A DNA stretch of 64,000 nt from a virus. Lineage: Duplodnaviria > Caudoviricetes. Below the pieces are notes generated by a model. It had not been told where the DNA came from. It searched no databases and saw nothing but the letters and a program-made list of their open reading frames with translations. A program made the translations under genes and the position numbers. The stretch is taken from IMG/VR virus record IMGVR_UViG_3300044949_002421, positions 800 to 64,799 of that record. The stretch is one strand, 5' to 3'. Positions 22,601 to 30,714 of this stretch are shown here, piece by piece (position 1 is the stretch's first letter; every line of letters starts with the position of its first letter).

Positions 22601-23974
22601 AATATGGAGCTTGGCCGTGCCGCCAGCCGGGTTGCCCGTGGGTCCAAAATCAAGGTTTTTGGAAGAACTCTGAGCCCAACGGAATTGGCCCTCAGATTCG
22701 CCCAAAGCTTCTTAATTTTGATTAGAAGCCCATACAACATCGCCCGCGCTTCAGCGGCATACTCGCCGTTTGCCATGGCCAATGTTGCCCTAAGGGCGTC
22801 CCGTGGTCGCGTTGCCAACACGATGAATGTTTTTGACTTCAATACTCTATCCCAAAGGCATGCGGAAGCACTTCTGGGGATTACGGGGCTCGTATCCCTT
22901 TTTGCCTTTGCCGAGGGGGACGATGATGATGACGACAAGACTGTGCTCATAACCGGGTCTGGAGGTGTCAGAACAAAATATGGCAACCCATCTACTTCCG
23001 TCATTATTCGGACTCCACTTGGAAACTATGTGATCCCATACGGGAGGTACGAGCCCGTTAGTGCGCTCGCCTATTTGATTGATGCGGCAAGGGCTACGAA
23101 GCAAGTTACAAATGAGAGACAGCCCGCATCCGAGGCCGTTGGGAACTACGTTCAGGAGTTTCTCAGGTATCCATTCACAAAGACTTTTGCAAAGGCGGTT
23201 CGTGATTTTGGGAAGCTGACTGGTTTCGATAATCCGTCCGACACCGGCAAATACAAGGGCTACGATGTCTTGCGCGAAAGAATTTCCTCCATAGCCATCC
23301 CAAACTTCTTTAAGAGGCTATTTGAGCCCGGCGCAGTCACCTTTGGTGATGAGTCTTGGGATGTTGACAGAATGACCGGCTGGGGGCCGACAGAAATGGC
23401 CGGATGGGTTAACTCGTTTTTGCCCGGCCTCCCTGCCCTAACTGGAGAGGAAGACATCTCCCTGCCGCCAAGATATAGTGCCGACCTAAAGGTAAGAGAC
23501 AGGGAGATTACCGGAGCAGAGGTTCTTGCAAAGAATGTCGGGATTCCGGAGCGCGCGGCTAGACTTATGGGCGGATTAAGCAAGGGTCTGGTTCCGGACG
23601 GAATTGCCTATGTGGAATCGAAGAAAGGGAAACTCGATAAATTTGTGTCTGCCTACAACGCAAGATTCCCACAAACAAGATATCAGCCAAAGGCCCCCAA
23701 TCGCTTTATTCAGCTAAAGGATAAAGACGGAATCTCGACAAACGAAGAGATGACCCCGTCAGAATACAAAACCATGCTGGCCCTAGCCTCAAAATATGCC
23801 GGCGATAGAATTGATAATGTCCTTACCGACGAAAGAATTTCAAACCCAACCGAAGCCACAAGAAAACTTGTAGACTCCATCCGAGAGGATGCCGTAAGCC
23901 GTGCAAGACAAGCAGTTCGGAATGCGCGACGCGCAAAAGAGAAAAGGGCTGTTGAATCGGCCGGCGTTAGGTAG
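10688..23974 (+). CDS. Giant polyvalent (DarB/ejection-type) virion protein, 4428 aa
   Basis: N-terminal coiled coils and hydrophobic block; ddrB-like ParB region (LQLRDR..GPATV..IIAGHGR); GHKL ATPase (KELLQNSFDA, DDGVGM, GGLGLAK, GTIV); HEITH zincin; two sigma70-r4-like HTHs; LPD38-like C-terminus. Confidence 0.85.
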   Translation: MGLDSILGGSPRNKGEAYEGPVAGGIMSGLRGMKSDERSAEGEFEQEQKEQNKAFEGGKKEVFEGAGISTYTDPQEGLQPKVSLDPNTGINRLERPEAEFSVQRRLPTGELVDDTLKTDKYGGAKDKTAKKRSLIVGKEASSDPRTPKSGIYEEFEDPRQPDLKNYKFIGGYEELSNSQDLGVRDVARKGLLEQNQKASSLLSSELQTQIDEIDLKERELRDMEAASKTTGELPIFEGKQLQPEDSAKTRLGLQQQITELKKQRVALKQIEKQGVAMDLLRQAKERALREGRNPSDDPVVKSLQETYRTIGRETPEEAFMAKPDQVAVAGGKGTLMIEGATPDVPEQQKSSFFKTAGNDLRSKLKIEQESGNVNVEKAKLSIKAQEEYNQASKEILPASIRKQTIKQLVDISNRELEEATSRWGEMSQQEQAEFNARFEGRRQAIQRLGDEYKALEPSANAASERVGTIFETTREAEKSLNESFQKKTEEINREANAFARAQSERASAGIRDEYLKKQANFNSMGQRFGQLAQAGDDAGIVKLAQDYVASGGNKQDADRMISDYGKYKKSKDGQGWLANSIASFMRAPLIASQESAAGLFKIAASGLRAKAAGKDDVMDAIGPSGWLAKVLPSLESNPALAPVRVASDMAGQAILDKIYQTKAAKPFVEYIADWMDGAASSAKGNVEFLKKGFYVDPQFEASTAGNFLKGIGDYAWTALPYIALRSKGIPVGLATNVGRLYTEARDDQEQTYQAKLAEFKAGKIKDEPKPMDESDAHIAALRYAGLGGFIDTVSDAIGMRLAFGLLKGAAAVTPKTVGSFFRQTAIQIGEKKVPMWLTPPLAGATEFGAEGSQKLILNALAEKYENWDPNRPWNEGAFEEAMMGFMLGFALPVIGGAGGAIYKKTVVIPSMLMENDGLDQVSVQYQNLSVDVPMGGWRQYAETVTPSEASPQFELNARQPFSIQNELRGTGVTWAIAVGQRIDSEISATNSQIQQASDPAQGKILRLKRNDLLLQRYNLIQAMQGDAALRFSLQNEIGSLPEQPLAKGDASLQQAALAAAKHSIGAPVTKAELKIKVGGTQLFQQTEDGKTIVSPSFMRFLSGKAPTLESVVANNQNLLDSAPPTTLAEQPPVISEVRPQEEIRAERDQAARQQLEAEARPQPATAPEQQPTPMGQTWAVPYTKNGKIKGTLTIQADNENKAKQLALQQLKEEGAKSVSFGDVRLAEQQDLVGQEPAALLAGPDQQRKRVGGAVNPYMRRLEGKNTKERYINARRRFERFAGEARSIFKASIGIQESTEAKKPFSARLADDGTITLVVNPKLFSAFDAKNPEFNNRAYSEEFRHMADFIASNLKANESGRSDYQQFYKEERSRLYQRIFETSKQDPRVLNALMASASLYFGDQGPPLKEGGYTAEEFMDWAEGSGISDVTLMGELLQQLGTRRKTEAAVEVATAMNKGGGSITASLMEVIRDYLKSILRAINGLRRAITETNPEVAADLDSLIQSINDVLNMQASPQEEAQSGIDTATQRRLRDMGLTPAEIAQMNPDQARERLQGQVQVSAPAQTQGLKSTNTRKTEYGVVRYDLDVVPLSELNNMAGTELQLRDRTGDEGYAAKVAVIARDWDKDEAASRDTGELDTGPATVIAAESNPYGVNQAGFDIIAGHGRTEGYSSAPDDRVADYVAKLKAKYPDLAAKIDAIIASGQRPMLVRKIDWQNTYNPSLGNEKQHLRRIARDANLGTGNENDAEVALADALEISDDKDLSLPQEVIVNGQPSLLNQDGTPAGNNDEILAKWLRIFSNDSDRRYYQNGVYTPEFEARIRRAILGYVFAPTNEKGEMALTKQTFDTINMLVSPTIARNSGIATLQQGLEKASPSLFRVKQDFQKYESLLGQDAKDANPIVAIQKSLSDYLAYRAEREQAARKSGDNRAIAMVGLAEYEDYINQSGLFGSISPQQAMVLVPIVRDGRLDGIQGVAAPLAKIQNARGIKGSPDRIAAYIANYSDMVASIYREASEAMLPGLETKLTPDMNLNMIRIALDKAGAIYPDNSRPQAPIFPAQRDTLEMAARTPELDSSLGEGKGKVEIRPEINYSRILNLLGPKMYEKNLVEVAVKELLQNSFDAARAAGATNENPGQVTINLDYSSRTVTVRDDGVGMTPEIIQKAFFTIAGTHKEQSAENTSGGLGLAKMAFLYGSDRVRVVSVRNGIKSTVATDRQTLLNRDPINVVTEKTSEPSGTIVEVVIPQTIEDSEGNTKQLFFPPEPAFLSKPLIGPIKVILTAGDPSSPYRTNKILNLGINQQDYQKETRFGFSWGNIDVYINPERQKYPAIEILSAGLHQFGLSRYDVFGWQEEDVLPYNIVLDVRPSVKPENAAYPFNNSREGWRGTIKEDVNAMYGYLRRMATEQNLLEAKESFSNLEKMPQFDPQKDLTPGELADIAAARPKPRPTAPIEKPEFVDFSGDNVVIRYSEQSGIKPKEIAKEEYVKKSFKPEKDINFQSAALDVSGMDPRVPLFHNNTNIDFSAQADGGAAKKMFASLGNALSGFMREFGAKVGPNVNPYSAMASTGADGWFSGISIDKEYRGLNMIKPFKSIWFNPAGLSEDAMVSPEAAALETIHVFIHEITHVNARNEGSGFTSELANNYARIRAFGVDDIATERILASIYARHWKDINDLRTKYTNFSTKNSARGFQSSSESLGTGTEASQPNQPQDNPQESVGTQEQGRGGNSRVGAEDSGTGASLGEIIASRARTEREALKYPNRYALSLQARSPDLFESSEEPESEEDAETGATEESAKNAYLVIQEIAPMEGLTRTDQGMKEGRIRPGGKIITYLVNKSDSSGMSVADRFFSRGYGEEQLREIIYDKMVDVLSKSASGKQLAKDFLATRVNASSSDLALYSEARKAFVQKIIRKLLVGGNKNPSIEDVVAEMSDNDRALGFEMRHIVGAREEIRLNNFLMRSVENHIRKLVGNYDQEGRSLIVTSAEARERRPTEISDEDTESMVERKFVNPDTGNELDQRADESANLQETLLAESGTAAEVMARYLGPDSLRIIEMKVRGMTFQAIADEEGFTGNRPDNIARSRFEEAYSKVLNAIDGIYSVKKSLEARDYLGDEEKTKLNDFDKFLSGRLGRGETFESIASARAEAQKAIKDSGTGAGQLELGLDARTPDLPPPRLLAKYFELRDKIKSGEFEPSDMDMFERIESMAIKFGWPIPVQLRLFDIPNIVRRASDQRSQQSAGLQDEFDFGPTELLSRTPDLMSADELQEALDGDWITNDEIQAALRNDSAGDKRGLVDYGKGSEASAVIRAGREATPNPEPYTNEEAMAKAGTISRGQILGRLAGLEAGEVLSKDEDYAAQRELNQLALEAFASEDEKQINDFLYLQRQYDKSGTEAARSLQGRKPFNPDDRNRKAVYTPLTAIDRRDLQKEAINLTAKLKADLSVAEASLNEQKARARAQFGPNLPQEWADYISQQEGAIAQMKADIEDGGVRVAERQILDRNAKKADEALGKVGKSLKGLEEDSMKKKLRTGQTAGQILESIKDTQLRDAVQLYLLGYSVKDIEAQTGIKNGRNKIKLAILKGLRPEADRRFVRVLEQVKAGKMSKKQLMMALKKHSEGQSLLARAPEDPNQDNFTVDEAREMLYDAFGLNTENLENKESDPLFGYDDPHAANKISSIISEGINGPASWGKIASDVFSSFIFTGAPSLAANVATIPFAKLAIPIHLFVEAMTTYYRAGIRGIKMTETVYDKVPVFDEEGNPAGTRVAPKEVEIGAPYQTLGQAIKGGFSEAFRAYRELGWLGSDGEALKKAVTAFNTETIQFGVEQGIVNVSDVRLRESGVLDKSIPGLAGKAVRLGVNILLAGDEYNKTMRAKAYVGAFAYRLAKAKGLEGDAVNEYVESEFADKTSLSWRLAVDRTLRDTFTQRLSIRGDEELLTPQPLWEKAKGLTRSLRDYQSTGELLGLAPEALTMINMELGRAASRVARGSKIKVFGRTLSPTELALRFAQSFLILIRSPYNIARASAAYSPFAMANVALRASRGRVANTMNVFDFNTLSQRHAEALLGITGLVSLFAFAEGDDDDDDKTVLITGSGGVRTKYGNPSTSVIIRTPLGNYVIPYGRYEPVSALAYLIDAARATKQVTNERQPASEAVGNYVQEFLRYPFTKTFAKAVRDFGKLTGFDNPSDTGKYKGYDVLRERISSIAIPNFFKRLFEPGAVTFGDESWDVDRMTGWGPTEMAGWVNSFLPGLPALTGEEDISLPPRYSADLKVRDREITGAEVLAKNVGIPERAARLMGGLSKGLVPDGIAYVESKKGKLDKFVSAYNARFPQTRYQPKAPNRFIQLKDKDGISTNEEMTPSEYKTMLALASKYAGDRIDNVLTDERISNPTEATRKLVDSIREDAVSRARQAVRNARRAKEKRAVESAGVR

Positions 23975-23985
23975 GAGGTTTATCC

Positions 23986-26205
23986 GTGGCTTCACCCCAA
24001 ATCGAAAACCTTGTCAATCAGGCAGAAGAGCTGGAAAAGGCTCTTGAGAACGCAAAGCCCGAACAGAACGAGACTGCCTTGGGCGGGGGTGTGCCTGCCG
24101 AGACCGGGTTCTCGTCTCCCTATAAGCTCACCCAAGAGCAGGAAGCAATTCTTGTCGAGTATGCGGTAGAAAGACTTCGGAAAACGGAGACGGAAATGGG
24201 CCGCTCCCTGATTCGAGGAGTGTCTTGGGCCAGCCAAACCGGCACAATGGCTGCCCACGAGTCCTTTTTGGGCCGTCGTCAGGTTTACGAGTGGCTCTAC
24301 GAGAACAACGTTGAGTGGCGTCCTACTGTCATGGGGGGGATCTTTGAGCACAGCAACCTGATTGTGCCGGTGACCCGACGAATCGTCCGGCAGATGATTG
24401 CTCGGGCTCAAAAATATTTTATCGGCACAGATCCTTGGTTCAGCACATTCCCTCAGGGGCCTGCAGACCGAGATGTTTCCGAAAGGGTTGAAAAGTATGC
24501 CCGATGGAAGTTTGATAAAACCAAGCTGAAGGAGGCCGTAGCCATGATCCTCCAGATGGCTTTTGTTCGCGGAGAGTGCGTGGTAAAGACAACCCACCAA
24601 AAGAAAGAGTCAATCTTTCAGCGGAAGGCCAAGGTTTTGGTTGATGTGAACGGAAACGACATTTTGGCGTCCGACGGAGACATTATAACGGATATGGACT
24701 CGTTTGTCCCGGGTCCCGACGGAATAACCATGATCCTTCAGCGTGACGGGGTCACCCAGCAGCCAATCGTCCCAATCTTTATCGAAAAAACCATTACACG
24801 GAAAATCATTCTGCATGAAGGCCCGACAGCGGAGCCAGTCTACTATCAGGACTTTATTTGCCCGCTTAACGCAACCAGCGTTGACGATTCAGACTTTTGT
24901 GCCCACCTCTACGATGCTCCGGTCATGGAGCTTGCCGACTTCTATTCCAAGTCAAAAAGCGAGGAGACGCCAGAGGCCGAGCTTATGAGAATTCAGGCGG
25001 CCATTGAGCAGATTCGGCTCTCGGCCGGTGAAAGCAGCAATCCAAAGACAGCCGCAAAACAGGCCCGTAGCGAGCGCGGCGAGGCAGAAGTCACCAACGA
25101 TCAGGAGAACCCAACGATTGAGATTGCCGAGTGCTATTTGCGATATGACGCCAACGGCGACGGGATTACAGAGGAAATCATGCTGATGCTTGATGTCCGC
25201 AATCGAAAGGCGATCTACTATGACTACCTCGCCAACGTAACGCCGGATGGCAAGCGGCCCTTCACGGTTGTCCGGATCAATCCGGTTGACGGGCGCTGGT
25301 ATGGGCTCGGTGGCGTAGAGCAATTCAAGACATCGCAGGACTTCATCGATCTGACCATCAATCGCCTCAACTTTGCCCAAAGTGCCTCCGGAAGGGTCAC
25401 CTTCTGGCGGCCTGACGCCACTTTTGAGGGGTCGGCCAACCCAAACCTGATATTAAACACAGGTGGGACGTATACTCTGCGTCCGGGCTTCAACGCGGCC
25501 GATGCCCTCACTTATGTCACCCTGCCGGAAACCAAGAACCAAGACCTAAACTTCATGCTGAACTACTTTACTCAGCTCGTTCAGCTTGAGTCCGGTGTCG
25601 TGCATGCCGGCGATCAGGAGTTTTCGGGCCTCCCGAGCTCCAAGCTTGCAACCGGAATCCGCTCAATTGACCAAGCCGGAAGCGAGATGTTTAGCCAGTA
25701 TTTATTGAGTCTGGAGAGCGGTTTAAACCAAATCCTGAGCAGGCTCATGCACATTCTTTTGGACAACTTGGATCGAGCGGAAGCCTTTACCTATCTTGAG
25801 GGCGATGCAATTAGCTTGATCTCCGTTAAGCCGGAAGAGGTTAAGGACTTTAACCTAAATGTTAAAATACTGCTTACCCGATACCACGGAGAGCAACAGC
25901 TACAAAGTAATGCTCAGGCTGCAAATATGGTGGCCCAGTTCTACGGGCTCCCACCGGAAGTTCAGCAAAAGGTCTCCCTATTTTACAGGCAAAGCCTAAA
26001 GGCTCTTGGGGTCATGGAAGCTGATTCAATTATTGTCCCATTTGAGCCTCCCCCTGCCCCGGGCGGAATCACGCCAGACGGAAGGGTTTTTGGTCAGGCA
26101 GGATCTCCGGGGTCCCCGGCTCAGTCGGTCGGAAACGCGCGTCAAGTTCCTCTGGACGCCGGGCCGGCCGGCGGTGCAAGCCCGGCCACCGGCACCGCAG
26201 TCTAG
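23986..26205 (+). CDS. Portal protein
   Basis: GTG start with SD AGGAGG; P22/T7-like portal patterns (IAECY, PFTVVR..P..GRWYGLG, ATGI), Q/P-rich tail. Confidence 0.85.
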   Translation: MASPQIENLVNQAEELEKALENAKPEQNETALGGGVPAETGFSSPYKLTQEQEAILVEYAVERLRKTETEMGRSLIRGVSWASQTGTMAAHESFLGRRQVYEWLYENNVEWRPTVMGGIFEHSNLIVPVTRRIVRQMIARAQKYFIGTDPWFSTFPQGPADRDVSERVEKYARWKFDKTKLKEAVAMILQMAFVRGECVVKTTHQKKESIFQRKAKVLVDVNGNDILASDGDIITDMDSFVPGPDGITMILQRDGVTQQPIVPIFIEKTITRKIILHEGPTAEPVYYQDFICPLNATSVDDSDFCAHLYDAPVMELADFYSKSKSEETPEAELMRIQAAIEQIRLSAGESSNPKTAAKQARSERGEAEVTNDQENPTIEIAECYLRYDANGDGITEEIMLMLDVRNRKAIYYDYLANVTPDGKRPFTVVRINPVDGRWYGLGGVEQFKTSQDFIDLTINRLNFAQSASGRVTFWRPDATFEGSANPNLILNTGGTYTLRPGFNAADALTYVTLPETKNQDLNFMLNYFTQLVQLESGVVHAGDQEFSGLPSSKLATGIRSIDQAGSEMFSQYLLSLESGLNQILSRLMHILLDNLDRAEAFTYLEGDAISLISVKPEEVKDFNLNVKILLTRYHGEQQLQSNAQAANMVAQFYGLPPEVQQKVSLFYRQSLKALGVMEADSIIVPFEPPPAPGGITPDGRVFGQAGSPGSPAQSVGNARQVPLDAGPAGGASPATGTAV

Positions 26206-26208
26206 GTT

Positions 26209-26877
26209 ATGCCTATCTCCATATCTCCGACAGCCTCATCCCTTTCCTATTCAAACGGAGGGCCGTCAGATGCGTCTTCATTTACAATCATAGCGTCAGG
26301 GCTCACCCCTGTAAGCGGGGATCTCTCCGTTACGCTAACAGACTCAGCAAGCTTTGAAGTTTCAAAAACCAGCTCTTCCTCTGGTTTTGCGGTCAGCCAG
26401 ACGATTGCATACACCGGGTTTGGCTTCTCTGGAAATATATGGGTACGAATTAAGGCAGGTCTTTCCACGGGATCCTACGCTACAGACATCATCATTTCCG
26501 GCGGCGGCCAAGGCCCTGAGATTGCATCAGTCTTCGGCCAAGTAACAACCCCCCTAGATGTTGCATTTGGGGCTGGGAATGTGACGATTTCAACTGTCTC
26601 AGGCAAAACTAGAGTCTCCATTAAAAGAGACATTCTTCCCCTTGTGTCCGCCGCAGAGGCAAATGCATCAACCGGGGACATCAGAAAGCTGATGTATGGA
26701 CTGATGAATAAGTTTAATTCAACAATCAATAGACTTAAGGGGCAGGACTCGACACTTACAAGTATAACAACAAGAGAAAACTACGAGAATGTGTACCCAC
26801 CAGAGGACATCAAATACTCAACGGTTTTCACATTTGAAATTCAGCCAGCAATCGACGATGTAAAGCCGGAGCCATAA
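26209..26877 (+). CDS. Virion structural protein (Ig-like domain plus conserved small domain)
   Basis: S/T-rich beta-sandwich N-half; EANASTGDIRKLMYG C-half. Confidence 0.65.
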   Translation: MPISISPTASSLSYSNGGPSDASSFTIIASGLTPVSGDLSVTLTDSASFEVSKTSSSSGFAVSQTIAYTGFGFSGNIWVRIKAGLSTGSYATDIIISGGGQGPEIASVFGQVTTPLDVAFGAGNVTISTVSGKTRVSIKRDILPLVSAAEANASTGDIRKLMYGLMNKFNSTINRLKGQDSTLTSITTRENYENVYPPEDIKYSTVFTFEIQPAIDDVKPEP

Positions 26878-26878
26878 A

Positions 26879-29800
26879 ATGCCATTCAATCCAGCACCCC
26901 AGAGTTGGCTAACCAACTACAGCTTTTCGAGCGACACAATGTCGTTTGATCTGGCATCAAACTATACGTCGTCAATGTCCGATCCCGTAAAATTCATTTT
27001 TCGGGTAACGGATGACATTCTCAATAATTATTTGGCAAAGCCGTCCGCAGACCGGCCTGTGCATTGGGAGTCTTCGGCATCTTTCATCCAGCCAGTTTTA
27101 ACCAGCCCAAACACGCTAAAGAACATTACAAACACATTTCTTTTGGATGCCACCCTGTTCTCGGAGTTGCTTACCCCGAGCATACCAGTAACTCTCATAG
27201 CACCGGACTTGGTTTATAACGGGTTCCAGTATTCTGCCTTTTCCTATACTGCCCCAACAGGAAGCTCTGTTGCTGTTGAATTCAGTTCTGATGGAGGACT
27301 TACTTGGTTTACAACTGCCCCGACGGCAAGGGGTGCATACCTGATCCGGGTAACGGCATCGAAAGACGGAAGAACAGGGACGGCAACCGACTCATTCTCA
27401 ATCACAAAAAATGTTCCTAGCCTCTACGCCCCGTCAGACGTAAGCGAGGTTTTTGCGGCTGGGACAGCCAATTTGGCCTTTGGAGCTCCCTTAGGCGTTC
27501 AGTTTACTTCCGTAACATCGAGCAACCCGACCGCCGTTTCCGTGACTTCATTCACCGCCTCTGGCTCGGTGGTTCTTCAGAAAAACGCCTCAGGAGAGGC
27601 CGTCATAACCGCATCGACTGGCGAAACTAGCGACTATTTTGCAAGTCAAGTATCGTTCACTTTTCAGCTCACAAAGGTTCCCTCAGTCATAACAGCTCCG
27701 GCCACCCTGTCCCTAAACGCCTCCAATGGGCTTTCGCAGACCTTTGCATTCACAACAAACTTCACGATGACTACCGCAAGGTGGAATTTGATAACATTTG
27801 AGTCAAGTGACACATCTATTGCCACAATAACAAAGGGCGCGAGCTACCCAGCAACCATAAACATTCTTCAGGCCGGAGCATTTAGCCTGACAATTACCTT
27901 CCCGGGAGACAGCGAGTATGACGACACATCTGCAACAATAAATGTTGCGATTACGGGTATCCAGCCATTGATGAGGCCGACCATCTCCTTCCCCGGGCAA
28001 TCCGCCATTGTCACCGGGGAGCCGCTCAACACGAACTGGCTTCCCGGCAAGCAGGCCCAAATTCTGGCTGGACTGGATACAGATTCAGACGGAGAGGGCG
28101 ATGGCGAGGTGACCCTGCCCTTTTCTTTCACGATCAACATCAACCAGCCGACATCCGGAACGGGCTCGGCCGGAGCGCTGACCTATTCATTTAACACGTT
28201 CTTTCCCGGCAATACGAGCTGGATAACCTTTACCCAAGGAGCCTCATCTGTTGGGGTAACCATAAATTCCCTGCCGGGAACATCCAATGGGGAGATAAAC
28301 GGAGGCCAACTTACAATATCCCTAGCCCCAAATGCCGGAATTCTTGGTTGGACGGGGTCGTTTGACATAAACTTTTATAAACTAGGGCCCCGCCTAAGTC
28401 TTAGGCAGTCTGGATTTTACGGGGCAGCCAATACCACCTTTACGGAGGTGACAGCCTCAACCGTCGTTTTGAACAACGCCGGCGAGTATGCGTCCGAGTG
28501 GATCGTCTCGGAAGAGTGCTGCCCGCATGTCGCATACCTGAAGGTTGTTGGTATGGATGGAGCCCCAACAACCGGGAACGTAAGCCTTACGCTGAATGGG
28601 GCCAGCTGGAACGAGGATCCTGCGACATTTGAATTTGGGGCCACATCAAAAACAGTTCAGCTGAATACCCAGTTTGAAATTTATTTTGAGTATGGAGGGA
28701 TAACGACCCTTTCCATGGCTGTCCCCGGAACAAGCACTTACAACAAAAACATAATCTTGGATATCAAGAAGGTTCCCTCAAGCCTGTCAATTTCGAATAA
28801 ACCAAACAACGCGCTTAACCCAAATTGCGGGATCAGCACCGAAGATCAAACGGCGTACACCTTCACGGACAAATATCCGGGCTATATCATAAACACAACA
28901 CCGCCCAACTTGGGGTGGGACGGCCTTACCACATCGAGGATTACGACGTCTTTCTCAAACGGGAGGATGGACGTGCAGGACAAAGTTCAGGGGAACGGCG
29001 GGGCAACACTTCTTAATACCGTTCCGGACGAAAATGACTTAGGAACCTCCCTTTTTACGGCAACGCTAAGCGCAACAAAAAAATATTCCGAATTCACGAT
29101 CACAAGATCGTTTAGGTCAGCAAAGCCACTTTTGACAGTAACGACATCTTCGTACCAGAATTTTTGGGCCAACGCGCCAAGTTCCCGAGCGCATCAGGCA
29201 TGTGTGTACAGACCATGTGCTCCACCACCACCCTCTGGATCCCCTGCGGCAACAGGATTCAATCCATACAACCCCCACAATCACGAGCCGATGTATTTCA
29301 GGCAGGGCTCAGGCTGGAATGCGCCACAATGGAGTATCCCTGTTCTTGTAACAAGCACGGTGTACAACGGAATTGTGTGGAAGCTTCAGGATTATAGCCC
29401 CACATCAAGCCGCCCATACGGCCAGCTTGGCAACGCTGACAATGGACTATACGACATTTTTATCAATGATCCATCGACGTATACAGGAGCCGTTGTTAGT
29501 CCGGGATGGGCCAATGGAAGATATGCCTCCGGACGGCTTGTCCAAATGTCATCAAAGATGAATGAAGGGCTTGCCGTCAGCATTGAGACAAAAAGGATTC
29601 CAGACCCAAATCACCCGGGAAATATTCCTTACGGGTCCGCCTTTGCCGCCACACCATACCAAGACGGAAATACTGGTGGCACAACGACTCAGTTTGACCC
29701 AAGCTTTCTTGCCACTACAGATTCCCTGCAGTCGTCTTGGCAAAGAAACTGGACTTGGTCCGAGCGAGATAATAGCGGTTATCTATCACCATTTTACTAC

Positions 29801-30154
29801 GGCTATAATTCAACAACAACACAAGGCTTCGGGGCCGGAATAAACCAAGTTCCATACAACCCCCCCAACTCCCCCTTCCCAGATTATTCGATCTGGACAT
29901 CTCCGGACCTCCCATTTTTAAGCGGGTATGTTGGCGACTATTTCGAGCTTCCTGACTCGCCACAGGTAAGTCTGACGTATGGCGCCAGCCAAGACTTTAC
30001 AGGCGGGGATTGGCTTGGGCCGGACTATTTTACTTTTAATCCGACCATGAGCTTTGTTCGCATCTATAGCAATCAGTATACCTATCCAACCACCTCGCTT
30101 CCGGCGAACAGGGTCGAGGGAGACGGCATTGTAACTCACTCTCAATTTCCATGA
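26879..30154 (+). CDS. Large tail/adhesin protein with Ig-like repeats
   Basis: T/S-rich; FESSDTSIATI and SSNPTAVSV Big_2-like motifs. Confidence 0.7.
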   Translation: MPFNPAPQSWLTNYSFSSDTMSFDLASNYTSSMSDPVKFIFRVTDDILNNYLAKPSADRPVHWESSASFIQPVLTSPNTLKNITNTFLLDATLFSELLTPSIPVTLIAPDLVYNGFQYSAFSYTAPTGSSVAVEFSSDGGLTWFTTAPTARGAYLIRVTASKDGRTGTATDSFSITKNVPSLYAPSDVSEVFAAGTANLAFGAPLGVQFTSVTSSNPTAVSVTSFTASGSVVLQKNASGEAVITASTGETSDYFASQVSFTFQLTKVPSVITAPATLSLNASNGLSQTFAFTTNFTMTTARWNLITFESSDTSIATITKGASYPATINILQAGAFSLTITFPGDSEYDDTSATINVAITGIQPLMRPTISFPGQSAIVTGEPLNTNWLPGKQAQILAGLDTDSDGEGDGEVTLPFSFTININQPTSGTGSAGALTYSFNTFFPGNTSWITFTQGASSVGVTINSLPGTSNGEINGGQLTISLAPNAGILGWTGSFDINFYKLGPRLSLRQSGFYGAANTTFTEVTASTVVLNNAGEYASEWIVSEECCPHVAYLKVVGMDGAPTTGNVSLTLNGASWNEDPATFEFGATSKTVQLNTQFEIYFEYGGITTLSMAVPGTSTYNKNIILDIKKVPSSLSISNKPNNALNPNCGISTEDQTAYTFTDKYPGYIINTTPPNLGWDGLTTSRITTSFSNGRMDVQDKVQGNGGATLLNTVPDENDLGTSLFTATLSATKKYSEFTITRSFRSAKPLLTVTTSSYQNFWANAPSSRAHQACVYRPCAPPPPSGSPAATGFNPYNPHNHEPMYFRQGSGWNAPQWSIPVLVTSTVYNGIVWKLQDYSPTSSRPYGQLGNADNGLYDIFINDPSTYTGAVVSPGWANGRYASGRLVQMSSKMNEGLAVSIETKRIPDPNHPGNIPYGSAFAATPYQDGNTGGTTTQFDPSFLATTDSLQSSWQRNWTWSERDNSGYLSPFYYGYNSTTTQGFGAGINQVPYNPPNSPFPDYSIWTSPDLPFLSGYVGDYFELPDSPQVSLTYGASQDFTGGDWLGPDYFTFNPTMSFVRIYSNQYTYPTTSLPANRVEGDGIVTHSQFP

Positions 30155-30714
30155 AAACCTTTGAGCAAAAGTTTAGCGGAGCGGTAAACGCTCAGGACAT
30201 TGAGGGGCTTGGCGTAAGCCCGGCCAAGGGATACGGACATGTTCTCGGGACTGACGCTAGGTTTTTTGGCGGTGGAATTATTAAGCTCCCCAAGCTTATC
30301 AAAGACCACCCATTCAAGGTTTACCTCAGAAAAACACAGGCCGGGGGTTACGAGTTTAAGATAAGGAAGGGCTACGTTGACGGCAAGAAGGTCACCGGCA
30401 CCGGGGACGGATCTTGGGATAGGCTTCCAAGTTCCAACCACTGTGTAGTCGTTGAGGCCAACATAAGTGACCTCGAAATTCAGGAGGCAAAAATAAAAAC
30501 AGAGGTCGTATCGCAAAGCGGAAGCATGAATTGGAGAATAACGGTTGCATCTGGGAGGCAGACAAAGGGGAAAATAATTGTAGCCCAATTTGAAAATGAA
30601 AATAATTCCGTTGTTGTTATTCAAAATATTCAATCCAATTTGGTCGCGCCGCTGATTTGCTATGAGGGGTACGCCGCAAAGCTTCTTGGTCCGGAGCCGG
30701 GCTGCTACAATTAA
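30151..30714 (+). CDS. Putative tail structural protein
   Basis: HPFKV motif, beta-rich, ATGA-coupled. Confidence 0.6.
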   Translation: MKTFEQKFSGAVNAQDIEGLGVSPAKGYGHVLGTDARFFGGGIIKLPKLIKDHPFKVYLRKTQAGGYEFKIRKGYVDGKKVTGTGDGSWDRLPSSNHCVVVEANISDLEIQEAKIKTEVVSQSGSMNWRITVASGRQTKGKIIVAQFENENNSVVVIQNIQSNLVAPLICYEGYAAKLLGPEPGCYN

